64,000 nt of DNA from Acidimicrobiales bacterium (GCA_049510975.1 JBEKYM010000007.1:83410-147409), one strand, 5' to 3'; counted from the first letter of the stretch, positions 11,217 through 20,417 are shown. Made by a program: numbers and translations. Notes: a model not told the origin generated them from the sequence alone.

Positions 11217-12571
11217 CCATGGCGACGACCGGTGCGAGCGCCCGTTTCGATCTCACGGTGCTGCGGCTCGCCCGTGAGATTCGAGCGGAGGTCGCCGAGG
11301 CCATTGCCGCCCGCCCGGGCGGCGAGACGACGGGCGGTGCCGCCCTCACCGAGACGGCGCGACGCCTCGTCGGGCGCGCCCTCGACGAGCGGGTGGCGGG
11401 AGCACTCGCCGCCGGCGGGAGCATGCCGGCACCCGGGTATGAGCGGGCGGTGAGTGATCTCGCCATCGCGATGCTCTTCGGCCTCGGGGTGCTCCAGCTG
11501 TACGTCGACGACCCGAGCGTGGAGAACATCGACGTCAACGGTGCCGAACGGGCCTACGTGACCTATGCCGACGGGCGAAAAGAGCTCGTCGGCCCGGTGG
11601 CAGAGAGCGACGAGGAGCTGATCGCGACGGTGCGGGCGGCCGGGGCGCGCTTCGGCCTGGCAGAACGGCGGTTCGACAGCGCTCAGCCCGAGCTCGACCT
11701 TCGCCTTCCCGACGGAAGCCGCCTCTCGGCCGTCATGAGCGTGACGGAGCGCCCGGTGATCGACATCCGCCGGCATCGGCTGAACGATCATTGTTTGGCC
11801 GATCTCGTCGATCTCGGCATGCTCGACGACGAGCTCGCCACGTTCTTGGCCGCCGCAGTGCGAGCCAAGCGCAACTTGCTGGTCTCCGGCGCAATGAATG
11901 CTGGAAAGACAACGCTGCTACGCGCACTGGCGGCGGAGATCCCGAGCCACGAACGGATCGTCACGATCGAACAGGCGCTCGAGCTGGCGCTCGATCGGCA
12001 GGTCGAGCGCCACCCTGACTGTGTCGCCATGGAGGCAAGGCTCCCGAACATCGAAGGCGTCGGCTCCATCTCGATGGCTCAGCTCGTCCGCCGGTCGTTG
12101 CGAATGAACGCTTCGAGGGTGATCGTCGGCGAAGTCCTCGGCGACGAAGTGATCCCGATGCTGAACGCCATGAGCCAGGGGCGCTCCGGTTCGATGGCGA
12201 CCATCCATGCCGACTCGTCGGTCGGTGTGTTCCGCCGAATCGCTGCCTATGCCGTGCAGGCGCCCGAGCGTTTGCCGCTCGAGGCGACGAATTTGCTCAT
12301 CGCCGGATCGATCCACTTCGTCGTCCACGTCGACATCGCCGAGAGGCCGGGCGCCTCCACGGACGGCGCCGCCGGAACGAGACTCCGCCAGGTGGCCTCG
12401 GTCCGCGAGGTTGTCGATTCCGAAGGACCGATGATCGTGTCCAACGAGATCTGGAAGCCGGATCTCGATGGTCGTGCGCGTCCGGCTGCCCCCCTTCGCG
12501 ACGCCACGGCCGTAGCCCTCGCTGCCCATGGCTACGACGGCCGGCACTTCGGGGCGAGGAGGTCCTGGTGA
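11213..12571 (+). CDS. tadA: Tad/Flp pilus secretion ATPase TadA/CpaF (VirB11/GspE family)
   Basis: 452 aa. Walker A is LVSGAMNAGKTTLLRAL, the Asp box/Walker B is RVIVGEVLGDE, and the His box is GSMATIHADS. An ATGA overlap joins it to the upstream gene. Confidence 0.9.
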   Translation: MTMATTGASARFDLTVLRLAREIRAEVAEAIAARPGGETTGGAALTETARRLVGRALDERVAGALAAGGSMPAPGYERAVSDLAIAMLFGLGVLQLYVDDPSVENIDVNGAERAYVTYADGRKELVGPVAESDEELIATVRAAGARFGLAERRFDSAQPELDLRLPDGSRLSAVMSVTERPVIDIRRHRLNDHCLADLVDLGMLDDELATFLAAAVRAKRNLLVSGAMNAGKTTLLRALAAEIPSHERIVTIEQALELALDRQVERHPDCVAMEARLPNIEGVGSISMAQLVRRSLRMNASRVIVGEVLGDEVIPMLNAMSQGRSGSMATIHADSSVGVFRRIAAYAVQAPERLPLEATNLLIAGSIHFVVHVDIAERPGASTDGAAGTRLRQVASVREVVDSEGPMIVSNEIWKPDLDGRARPAAPLRDATAVALAAHGYDGRHFGARRSW

Positions 12572-13440
12572 CCGAGCCCCTCCTGGCGGCGCTCGGAACC
12601 TTTGCGGGCGCCGGGCTGCTTCTCGTCGCCGCCGGGCTCGGGCTCCTTCGCCTCTCGAGAACGACTCGCCCACCCGACGACTCCGAGGATCCCTTGACGA
12701 GGGTGACCTCGCGAACGCGCCAGCAGCACCGTCGCGGTCACGTGGCACTCGCGGCCCTCTGCGGCTTCGTGGCACTCGCCATCACTCGCTGGCCGATGGC
12801 GCTACCGCTCGGTGTGCTCGCCGTTCTCGGCAGCCGCGGCGTCGCCGGAGGTGCCACCAAGACGACGATCGAGCGCCTCGAAGCCATTGCCGCGTGGACG
12901 GAGATGCTGCGGGACACCTTGTCGGGTGCGGCCGGCTTGACCCAGGCATTGACCGCCACGGCACCGATCGCGCCTCGCCCAGTGCGGCCGCAGATGGCCG
13001 CCCTCGTCGCTCGTCTCCACGCCGGCGTCCCGGTCGTCCCGGCCCTCGTGCAGCTCGCCGAGGACCTCGACGATCCGGCCGCCGACATCGTCGTGGCATG
13101 CCTCGTGATGGCGGCTTCCGAGCGCGCACAGCGGCTCTCAGAGCTGCTCGGAGCGCTGGCGAGCACGACCCGGGAGGAAGTGTCGATGCGGCTCGGCGTG
13201 GAGGCGGCCCGCGCCTCGGCGCGCACCTCCGTGCGCATGATCACCGGCTTCTCGTTCGGTCTGCTCGGTCTGATGGCCCTCCTTGCCCACTCGTATCTGA
13301 GCCCGTATGCAACCGCAGAAGGCCAGCTCGTGCTTGGCGTGGTTGGCTGCATCTACGGCCTTGGACTCTGGCTGATGGCCCTCATGGTGCGACCGAAGCC
13401 GTTTTCGCGTCTCCGTGTCAACGCCGCCCGGGTGCCATGA
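12568..13440 (+). CDS. tadB: Type II secretion system F-family membrane protein TadB
   Basis: 290 aa, with an N-terminal TM segment, a cytoplasmic T2SSF-like domain and C-terminal TM segments. A GTGA overlap joins it to tadA, and GAGGAGG lies upstream. Confidence 0.75.
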   Translation: MTEPLLAALGTFAGAGLLLVAAGLGLLRLSRTTRPPDDSEDPLTRVTSRTRQQHRRGHVALAALCGFVALAITRWPMALPLGVLAVLGSRGVAGGATKTTIERLEAIAAWTEMLRDTLSGAAGLTQALTATAPIAPRPVRPQMAALVARLHAGVPVVPALVQLAEDLDDPAADIVVACLVMAASERAQRLSELLGALASTTREEVSMRLGVEAARASARTSVRMITGFSFGLLGLMALLAHSYLSPYATAEGQLVLGVVGCIYGLGLWLMALMVRPKPFSRLRVNAARVP

Positions 13441-14339
13441 CGACCGATCTCGTTCTCCTCGGACTGTGTGCCGGGTTCGGCCTCGTCCTTGTCGCCACCG
13501 GGCTGACGCGCCGATCCAGCCTCGTCGAGGAGATGCAGAGGTACGGGCCTGAGGCGGTGCTCGTCGCGCGGCCCAGCGAAGTCGCCAGCAGGCGCACCAC
13601 GGCGCTGCTCGCCGCGGTCGGAGTGTCCCTTGGACGGATCGCCACGTCCGATGAGGGACTCTCGCGTCAGCAGAGCGACCTCGCCATTACGGATCGCACA
13701 CCCGAACGCCAATCCATCGTCGTGGCGGTCACCGCGCTCCTTGGCGCGCTCACGCCCTTCCTCGTCGCCGGACTGGCGAGCTGGATCGGCTTGCAGGTGC
13801 CCGCCGGCGAGTTGCTCGCCGTGGCCGTGATCGGCGGGATCGGCGGGGTTCTCTCGTCGCGGGCCGAGCTGCACCGAGCGGCCGGCCGAGCCCGTGAGCA
13901 GTTTCTCCGCGGGCTCAGCTGCTGGCTCGAGCTCGTCGCCCTCGCTCAGGCAGGTGGCATGGGAGTCGAGAGCGCCCTCGTGGCCGCGGGACGCATCTCG
14001 CCCGACCGCACGTTCGTCCGCATCCGTCGGGCACTGGATCGCTCCCGCCACTCGGGGGTCAGTCCCTGGGACGAGCTGGCACGCCTCGGTGCCGAGATCG
14101 GCGTCGGCGAGCTCGACGAGCTGGCGGCCAGCCTGGCGCTCGCCGGCACCGAGGGTGCACGAATCCGTTCGAGTCTCACGGCCAAGTCCCAGTCGTTGCG
14201 GCGACGGCAGATGTCGGCGGCAGCCGCGCGAGCCAACGCGACGACCGAGCGGCTTTTCTTGCCGTCGATCGTGCTCATGGTCGGGTTCCTCATCTTCATC
14301 ATGTTCCCGGCCGGGGTCAGCCTGGCCCACGTGCTGTGA
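13437..14339 (+). CDS. tadC: Type II secretion system F-family membrane protein TadC
   Basis: This is the 3' part of ORF 12528..14339. ATG 13437 forms an ATGA overlap with the tadB stop. The protein starts MTTDLVLLGLCAGFGLVLV and has a T2SSF-like domain with C-terminal TM segments (LFLPSIVLMVGFLIFIMFPAG). Confidence 0.75.
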   Translation: MTTDLVLLGLCAGFGLVLVATGLTRRSSLVEEMQRYGPEAVLVARPSEVASRRTTALLAAVGVSLGRIATSDEGLSRQQSDLAITDRTPERQSIVVAVTALLGALTPFLVAGLASWIGLQVPAGELLAVAVIGGIGGVLSSRAELHRAAGRAREQFLRGLSCWLELVALAQAGGMGVESALVAAGRISPDRTFVRIRRALDRSRHSGVSPWDELARLGAEIGVGELDELAASLALAGTEGARIRSSLTAKSQSLRRRQMSAAAARANATTERLFLPSIVLMVGFLIFIMFPAGVSLAHVL

Positions 14340-14414
14340 ACCTCTCGCGCGCCTCCGGGAGATCGCGCCGTCCCGACCGGCCCGCCACGGGCGAACACTT
14401 CACGAAGGACACCG

Positions 14415-14627
14415 ATGCTCGAGACCCCAGCGATCCTCTACCTGTTCGAACTCCTCACCTCGCGCCTGGCGACTGTTCGTTCTGCGCCGGATCGGGGCGA
14501 CGTCGCCGAAAAGATCGTGATCGTCGGCGTGTTCGTCGCCCTGGCGATCCTCGTCGGGGCCATCATCACCCACGCCGTCCACACCGACGCCACGAACATC
14601 GCCAAACAGATCAGCGGAGCACCATGA
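14415..14627 (+). CDS. flp: Flp/Fap-type prepilin candidate
   Basis: 70 aa, with GAAGGA 6 nt upstream of the ATG. The leader ends ...APDRGDVAEK and is followed by the hydrophobic stretch IVIVGVFVALAILVGAII, resembling the Flp G/xxxxE[YF] motif plus hydrophobic core. It is positioned after tadC. Confidence 0.55.
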   Translation: MLETPAILYLFELLTSRLATVRSAPDRGDVAEKIVIVGVFVALAILVGAIITHAVHTDATNIAKQISGAP

Positions 14628-15070
14628 GCCTCGGCTCCGGGTCGCGTCCGGCGTGCGCCCATGACCGCCGGGCCCCCCCGCCACAACGCCGGCATCGTGA
14701 CGACACGGGCTCCGAGGTGGTCGAGATCGTGCTCGTGCTTCCCGCCGTCATGGCCCTCGTCACCCTGGGGTTGCAACTGGCGATGTGGGGCCTGGCAGCG
14801 CATGCCCTCAGCCTCGGGGTGGCGGAGGGAGGTGCAACGGCGCGCGCACGAACCGGTGACCCGCAGGCGGCAGCTGCCACCGTCCGCAACGACGTGCACG
14901 ACATCGCCGGATCGCTCGTCGGCTCTCTCAAGATCGAGGTCCGGACGCTGCCGAACGACTTCGTCGCCGTCTCGGCAACGGGAGTCGTACCGACGGTCTT
15001 TCCGGGCCTCGACCTTCATGTGTCCGCCGACAGCACGGGACCGGTGCAGGGGTTTCGGGCATCTGGATGA
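14624..15070 (+). CDS. TadE-like pseudopilin/pilus assembly protein
   Basis: ATG 14624 forms an ATGA overlap with the flp stop. GSEVVEIVLVLPAVMALVTLGLQLAMW is the TadE N-terminal motif. Confidence 0.7.
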   Translation: MSLGSGSRPACAHDRRAPPPQRRHRDDTGSEVVEIVLVLPAVMALVTLGLQLAMWGLAAHALSLGVAEGGATARARTGDPQAAAATVRNDVHDIAGSLVGSLKIEVRTLPNDFVAVSATGVVPTVFPGLDLHVSADSTGPVQGFRASG

Positions 15071-15098
15071 CGCGAAGCAGGAAGGAGACGGGTGGACG

Positions 15099-15557
15099 AT
15101 GGCAGTAGAACGACGAGCGGTCCAGCCGGCCGGGCGTGCAGCAAGACGGGACCTCCAAGGTGGGTCAGCGAGCGCGGAGCTCGTCATGCTGACCCCGCTG
15201 CTCGTGGCCGTCCTCGGCTGTGCCTTCTTCGCAGGACGCCTGGTGCTGGCTCGACAGGCGGTCGACGATGCCGCCCGAACAGCCCTGCAATCGGCCGTGA
15301 TCGCCTCCACCGCTGGCAATGCTCAGGAGATGGCGGCCGACACCGTGCGCGCCGTGCTCGAACCGGACGCAGGGTTGTGTGCGAGCATCACCACGGCGAC
15401 GGACACCTCGAACTTCGTGCCCGGTGGGACCGTGACCGTGACCGTGACGTGCCGCGTGCCGTTTGCTCGCCTCGCCTTTGCGGGCGTGCCCGGCTCCGTC
15501 ACGTTGCAGGCGACTCGTGGGGGCAGCGTCGAGCCCTACCGGGAGCTCGGGCCATGA
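15099..15557 (+). CDS. TadE-like pseudopilin/pilus assembly protein (second copy)
   Basis: GGAGA lies upstream of ATG 15099. GGSASAELVMLTPLLVAVLGCAFFAGRL is a TadE-like N-terminus. Confidence 0.65.
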   Translation: MAVERRAVQPAGRAARRDLQGGSASAELVMLTPLLVAVLGCAFFAGRLVLARQAVDDAARTALQSAVIASTAGNAQEMAADTVRAVLEPDAGLCASITTATDTSNFVPGGTVTVTVTCRVPFARLAFAGVPGSVTLQATRGGSVEPYRELGP

Positions 15558-15973
15558 CCTCGCCCCCAACACACGCGCACTCGGGCGGCGACGAGGGCTC
15601 GCTGACACCGTTCGTACTCCTGCTGTGTGTCGCCCTCGCCGCCCTGCTGGGCCTCGTGGCCGAAGGGGGTCTCGTCTTGAGCGCCCGGGAGTCCGCCATG
15701 AGCGAAGTCGAGCAGGCAGCACGGGCGGGAGCGGCCGTGCTGACACCGGCCACCGTTCGCTCAGGCGGGATCTCGACCGGCGGCGCCCGGGCCGTTGCCG
15801 TCGCCGAGTTCTTGATGGCCCTCGACGGCCATCCAGGCACCGCCACCGACATCGACGGCGTCCTCACTGCCACGATCACCCCATTTCGGATCCGCACGCC
15901 ACTGCTGGCACTGGCCGGCGAAGGGTCCATCTCGGTGACGGCGACAGCAAGTGCTCGAGCCGCGGCGGGCTGA
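15554..15973 (+). CDS. TadG-like (Flp pilus-assembly TadE/G-like) protein
   Basis: An ATGA overlap joins it to the upstream gene. The protein reads GGDEGSLTPFVLLLCVALAALLGLVAEGG...EQAARAGAAVL, the pattern of actinobacterial TadG-related proteins. Confidence 0.6.
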   Translation: MTSPPTHAHSGGDEGSLTPFVLLLCVALAALLGLVAEGGLVLSARESAMSEVEQAARAGAAVLTPATVRSGGISTGGARAVAVAEFLMALDGHPGTATDIDGVLTATITPFRIRTPLLALAGEGSISVTATASARAAAG

Positions 15974-18311
15974 TGTGGGCTCGGGGGCCCGCCGGCGGGA
16001 GGCGGCCGGTTTGCGGCCGGCGGGGCCAGGTGCCCTCGCCTGCGCCGCGATCGCGCTCGTTTCGCTGGGCGTGATGGCTGCCGTCGGACTCCCCGTGTCC
16101 GCGCTGCACGCCCTGCTCGCGCTCGTCACCCATCCGTCGCACCGAGTCGGGGACGCAGGCCTGGTCGCCCTGCTGTCCGGCTCGTGCTGGTTGGCAGGGC
16201 TCGCTGTCGCCGCCCGGTCGGCCGCCGCGACGACGCCCTCGCCCAGCGGACGGCATGGACTTGTGCCGTCAGGGTGGGCCTCTGTCACAATGACGGCCAC
16301 GCCAGCGACCGTGTCGGGCGACTCAGAACCTCGAGGCCGGCGGCGACGCCGGGAGGATCGCTTCGACGCACCCCACCCTCGACCGAGAGCCGAAATGCCC
16401 GTACACAGACCCGGAGCGAACGGCGAAGCAGAGCCGCCACGGCGGGCCGGACTGGACCGGGGGCCGGCGGCAGAATCGGCGGCGGCGGATTTGGTGGCGG
16501 CGTCGGAATCGGCGTCCGGGGTCCGAGCGCCCTCGACTTCCACGATCGCCCGAGCAGGCGTGGCCGACGCCTCACCGCGCCCGCGGGCAAGCTCGCCCGC
16601 ATTGCCGCCACTCCCTGCGATCCCTCCAATGGCCGCCTTGCTCGCCTCGAGCCGCGACGAGGGCGAGATCGTATCGGCCGGACATCTCGAGGACCCGGAG
16701 TGGACGCGTGCGTTGCTGGGCCTCTCGGACGCCGTGGCGCCCAATGCCGAACGCCCGCTCGCCTGGACGCTCGAAGCTGCCGGGTTCGGGGCGTTCCTGG
16801 AGGCAGCCAACGAGCCGGCGCCGCCGTTTCGGGAGGATGCTGCGGGAGTTGGTTGGTTCCTCCCTCGGGACCCCCGCCTCGTCGAGCCCGTCTCGCCCGG
16901 AGCGGTGGTCTGGGCGAGCAGGCGAACCGGGCTGATCACGTTGTGGCAGGACGAGCGCCGGCGAGCTCTCCTCGATACCGTCGCTGCCGGCACCGTCGCC
17001 CTCGACGGCCCGCCCGTCGCAGTCGGCTACACGCTGTCGGACATCGTCGTCGAGTTGGCCTCCCGGCGATGGTCGGACCTCGACGACGTGATGCTCGTCG
17101 GGTTCGGGCGCGAGATGCACGGCCTCGAGAACGTTCGCTACGTCCCGACCATCGAGGATGCCGTCGCCCGACTCACGGACTCAGACCGATCGGACGCCCA
17201 AGGCGCTCGTTGCTTCATCATCGCCCCGATGCCTGTCGACGAGGCTCGGCGAGCGGCGCTCGGTCGCTTTCTCCGGCTCGTCGAGCAGACGCCGCTCTCG
17301 GGCGCCATCTGCTGCGACACCGCGGTCCGACCGCGCTGCACGTGGCATCTGTCGTCGCATGGTCAGACGCTCCGCTTCGAAGTGAGCGGTCGGGCCGGTC
17401 CCTCCGCCGTGCTGTCGCCGGAACGCTGGGCGGAGCGCACCGGGACTTCACTGCGAGTCGCTCGAGGCCCCGCCAACATGGCGGCGGTCCCGGCTCGACA
17501 CGACCTCCGACGAGCCGCACCGGTCGCCGTCATGAGCGAGGACCGTGAAGCCTCCGCCGGCGTCGAGGTCCGAGTCCTCGGACCCGTCCAAGTCCTCGGG
17601 ACTTCCGAAAGCCTGGAAGGCCGGCCGGTATTGAAGGAGCTGGTCGTCTACCTGGCTTTTCACGCTCGGGGCGTCACGGGTGAGACGTGCGCCGCAGCCT
17701 TATGGCCCGACCGGCGAGTGCCCGTCCAGTCCTTGGCCAACCGCCTGCACGAGGCTCGTCGAGCGCTCGGGTCCACGCCGGACGGCCGACCGAGGTTGAT
17801 GCGTACCGACGGGCGCCACCTGCTCGCCTCGGACGTGCGAACGGACTGGGACCGCTTCGTCGGCCTGACCTCGGCCGGCTCTGGGCCGGCGAGCTGGCGT
17901 CAAGCGCTCATGCTCGTCCGCGGGCGGCCGTTCACCGGACTCGGCAAGGGCGACTGGACGGTCTTCGAAGGCCTCCAAGCGGCCGTCGAGACCGCGCTCT
18001 TGACGGTCTCGACGCGCTTGGCAGAGCACTCGCTCGATGTCGGCGACCCACTCGGGGCCGAGTGGGCGATCCGACGCGGGCTGGCGGCGACACCCTGGGA
18101 CGAGGGGCTCTACCGCCTGCTCATGACTGCCGCCGATGCCGCCGGCAACCGGGGTGGCGTGGAGTCGGCACTCCGGTCGCTGGCCCAGGTGCTCGACTGG
18201 TCCGGTGATCCGATCGACGTCGTTCACCCCGAGACGGCGGCGCTCTACCGGCAGCTGACGGGCAAGTCGGGCCAAAACGAAAGCACGAAGCACCCGGCCG
18301 CCCCGCATTAG
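15951..18311 (+). CDS. Membrane-anchored SARP (OmpR-type winged helix + BTAD) regulator with unassigned central domain
   Basis: 786 aa. The N-terminal ~100 aa are hydrophobic (ALACAAIALVSLGVMAAVGL, LVALLSGSCWLAGLAVAA), followed by a disordered Arg/Pro region and about 250 aa that I could not assign. The C-terminus reads VEVRVLGPVQVLG...LKELVVYLAFH...LANRLHEARRALG (winged helix) and then a BTAD-like TPR region (VRGRPFTG...DEGLYRLLMTAADAAGNRGGVESALRSL). The start is GTG 15951 or GTG 15975. Confidence 0.75.
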   Translation: MLEPRRADVGSGARRREAAGLRPAGPGALACAAIALVSLGVMAAVGLPVSALHALLALVTHPSHRVGDAGLVALLSGSCWLAGLAVAARSAAATTPSPSGRHGLVPSGWASVTMTATPATVSGDSEPRGRRRRREDRFDAPHPRPRAEMPVHRPGANGEAEPPRRAGLDRGPAAESAAADLVAASESASGVRAPSTSTIARAGVADASPRPRASSPALPPLPAIPPMAALLASSRDEGEIVSAGHLEDPEWTRALLGLSDAVAPNAERPLAWTLEAAGFGAFLEAANEPAPPFREDAAGVGWFLPRDPRLVEPVSPGAVVWASRRTGLITLWQDERRRALLDTVAAGTVALDGPPVAVGYTLSDIVVELASRRWSDLDDVMLVGFGREMHGLENVRYVPTIEDAVARLTDSDRSDAQGARCFIIAPMPVDEARRAALGRFLRLVEQTPLSGAICCDTAVRPRCTWHLSSHGQTLRFEVSGRAGPSAVLSPERWAERTGTSLRVARGPANMAAVPARHDLRRAAPVAVMSEDREASAGVEVRVLGPVQVLGTSESLEGRPVLKELVVYLAFHARGVTGETCAAALWPDRRVPVQSLANRLHEARRALGSTPDGRPRLMRTDGRHLLASDVRTDWDRFVGLTSAGSGPASWRQALMLVRGRPFTGLGKGDWTVFEGLQAAVETALLTVSTRLAEHSLDVGDPLGAEWAIRRGLAATPWDEGLYRLLMTAADAAGNRGGVESALRSLAQVLDWSGDPIDVVHPETAALYRQLTGKSGQNESTKHPAAPH

Positions 18312-18353
18312 CCTCGCAGGGCATCGGCTCCCGACCGGAGCCCGGGAGGCATC

Positions 18354-19130
18354 GTGGGGATACTCGAGAACAAGCGCATCGTCGTCACGGGCGTGCTCAC
18401 CGACGCCTCGCTCGCCTTTCCCGTCGCCCGCCTGGCGATCGAGGAGGGCGCCGAGATCGTCCTCACGGGCGCCGGGCGTGGCCTCTCGCTCACCAAGCGC
18501 ACGGCACGGCGCCTCCCCGTCACCCCGGACGTCTTCGAGCTCGACGTGACCCAGCCCGAGCACGCCGAGGCGCTCGCCAGTGAACTGGCGCAGCGCTGGG
18601 GCTCGCTCGACGGCGTCGTGCACGCCATCGGCAACGCCCCGGAGGCCTGCCTCGGCGGGGACATCCTCCGGGCCGACTGGCCCGACGTCGCCTTGGCGCT
18701 GCAGATCTCGACGTTCTCGCTGAAGCTGCTGGCGGCCGCCTTTGCGCCCCTCCTCGAGAAAGCGGCCGACGGAGGCTCCATCGTCGGGCTCGACTTCGAC
18801 GGCACCGTCGCCTGGCCGGCCTACGACTGGATGGGCGTGGCCAAGGCAGGGTTGGAGTCGCTCACCCGCTACCTCGCCCGTGACCTCGGCCCGAGAAACA
18901 TCCGCGTCAACCTCATCGCCGCCGGCCCCGTCCGGACGATGGCGGCGAAGTCGATCCCGGGCTTTGCGAAATTCGAGGAGGTCTGGGACGGGCGGGCACC
19001 GCTCGGCTGGGACGTGCACGACGCCGAGCCCGTCGCCAAGGCGACCGTGGCACTGTTGTCCGGCTACTTCCCGAAGACCACAGGCGAGATGATCCACGTC
19101 GACGGCGGCTTCCATGCCACCGGAGCTTGA
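18354..19130 (+). CDS. fabI: Enoyl-[acyl-carrier-protein] reductase (NADH), FabI/InhA type
   Basis: 258 aa, colinear with InhA: KRIVVTGVLTDASLAF, GVVHAIG, YDWMGVAKAGLESLTRYLARDLG (catalytic Tyr/Lys), IAAGPVRT. Confidence 0.9.
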   Translation: MGILENKRIVVTGVLTDASLAFPVARLAIEEGAEIVLTGAGRGLSLTKRTARRLPVTPDVFELDVTQPEHAEALASELAQRWGSLDGVVHAIGNAPEACLGGDILRADWPDVALALQISTFSLKLLAAAFAPLLEKAADGGSIVGLDFDGTVAWPAYDWMGVAKAGLESLTRYLARDLGPRNIRVNLIAAGPVRTMAAKSIPGFAKFEEVWDGRAPLGWDVHDAEPVAKATVALLSGYFPKTTGEMIHVDGGFHATGA

Positions 19131-19141
19131 GAGGAGACCGG

Positions 19142-19537
19142 GTGCCCACACCTTCGCAAGTCACCGATGCCGTAGCCGCCTACGCGGCGGCCGTCTCGTC
19201 GGCTGACAAGGACGCCATCATGGCGTGCTACGGCCCAGAGCCCACGGTCACCGACCCCTACCCGGGACCGACGCATGAGGGCCGCGACGGCGTGTCGGGC
19301 TTCTGGGATGGAGTCCTCGGACTCGGGACGCCCGTCTCCTTCGTGCCCGAGCGCGTCGTGGTGGCCGGTGAGCGGGGCGTGTTCTTCTTCACGATCCAGC
19401 TCGACATCGGCGAAGGCGAAGGCAAGGCCAGGGTGCAGGTGGAGGGCTACGACATCCTCTCGATCGGCGACGACGGCCTCATCGCCGACCAGCTGGCCTA
19501 CTGGGACCCGGCTTCGATGCACCCGGTCGCCAGCTGA
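19142..19537 (+). CDS. NTF2/SnoaL-like (ketosteroid-isomerase-fold) protein
   Basis: Lies in ORF 19127..19537. I chose GTG 19142 because GAGGAG sits 5 nt upstream. A protein of about 130 aa with AYAAAVSSADKDAIMACY...FWDG...Y is typical of the SnoaL-like fold. Confidence 0.55.
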   Translation: MPTPSQVTDAVAAYAAAVSSADKDAIMACYGPEPTVTDPYPGPTHEGRDGVSGFWDGVLGLGTPVSFVPERVVVAGERGVFFFTIQLDIGEGEGKARVQVEGYDILSIGDDGLIADQLAYWDPASMHPVAS

Positions 19538-19640
19538 CACGGATCGGATCCCGGCGCTGACACCGGGCCGGCGCAAACCACGGGCTCGGCCCGCGCGGCC
19601 AGCACGAACCTCGAGCGCAGGGCGACGCCACAGCTCACCG

Positions 19641-20417
19641 GTGTCGTGGCTCGTCGTGCCCGCCGTGGCCGTGCTCTGCTGGATCCTCTGGCCGGCGGCG
19701 GCCGCCCCCGGGGCGCTCCGGACCGGGGCCGGCCAGTACTGGGGCGTGGACTCTGTCGCCAGCGTCGGTTCCCGCATCTCGTCGGTCCAGCAGGCCTATG
19801 ACGCCACGCCGTCGTTCTGGGGGCGCTACCTGAGCGACTGCACCGGAGCCTGCGGGAGCAACCTCACCCTGCCCGAGGCGCGCCGGGATCTCAACGATCA
19901 CCTGGCGCTCCTGCTCGTGGTCGCCGACGCCGGCGGGCGCCACGATCGAGGGGGCGCCAACGGCCGCGCTGACGGGCGGCGCGCCGTGGCTGCGGCCCGC
20001 GCCCTCGGAGTGCCCGCCGGCGTCGCCATCTTCAAGGACTTCGAGAACGACAGCCCCGAGAACCCCGCCTTCGTCATCGCCTGGTTCGGCGCCGTCGCCG
20101 CCGGCGGGTACGCCCCCGGCTACTACCTGAACGCCGAGGCGGGCGAGGACGGCGTCTCCGCCTACTGCCGGGCGGTCGCTCTCGATCCCGCCGTGGGGTC
20201 GTCCTACCTGTGGGCGAGCGAGAGCGAGCCGGACGCCTCCGCCTCGACTGCACCAGGGCAGGCGCCGGCGTACTTCGGTGGTGGCGGGGCGGCGGTGTTT
20301 CCATCGTGCGCCGGCCGCAAGATCGTCTGGCAGTACAGCGAGGCGGATCGTGCCGGCGTGGACGAGGACGAGGCGCTCACCCTCGGGCCGTTCTGGCGCT
20401 CGGCGGGAGCTTCCTGA
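19641..20417 (+). CDS. Secreted DUF1906/glycoside-hydrolase-like (Rv2525c-type) protein
   Basis: This is the 3' part of ORF 19275..20417. GTG 19641 gives a signal-like N-terminus (VSWLVVPAVAVLCWILWPAAAAPG). Further segments are FWGRYLS, LTLPEARRDL, ARALGVPAGVAIFKDFE, GYAPGYYLN and IVWQYSE. Confidence 0.55.
   Translation: MSWLVVPAVAVLCWILWPAAAAPGALRTGAGQYWGVDSVASVGSRISSVQQAYDATPSFWGRYLSDCTGACGSNLTLPEARRDLNDHLALLLVVADAGGRHDRGGANGRADGRRAVAAARALGVPAGVAIFKDFENDSPENPAFVIAWFGAVAAGGYAPGYYLNAEAGEDGVSAYCRAVALDPAVGSSYLWASESEPDASASTAPGQAPAYFGGGGAAVFPSCAGRKIVWQYSEADRAGVDEDEALTLGPFWRSAGAS

Noticed and set aside
12528-14339. 603-aa ORF spanning tadB and tadC.
   Set aside because: Its first ~300 codons are an Arg-rich out-of-frame shadow of tadB. 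Only the part from ATG 13437 (ATGA-coupled) is TadC-like.
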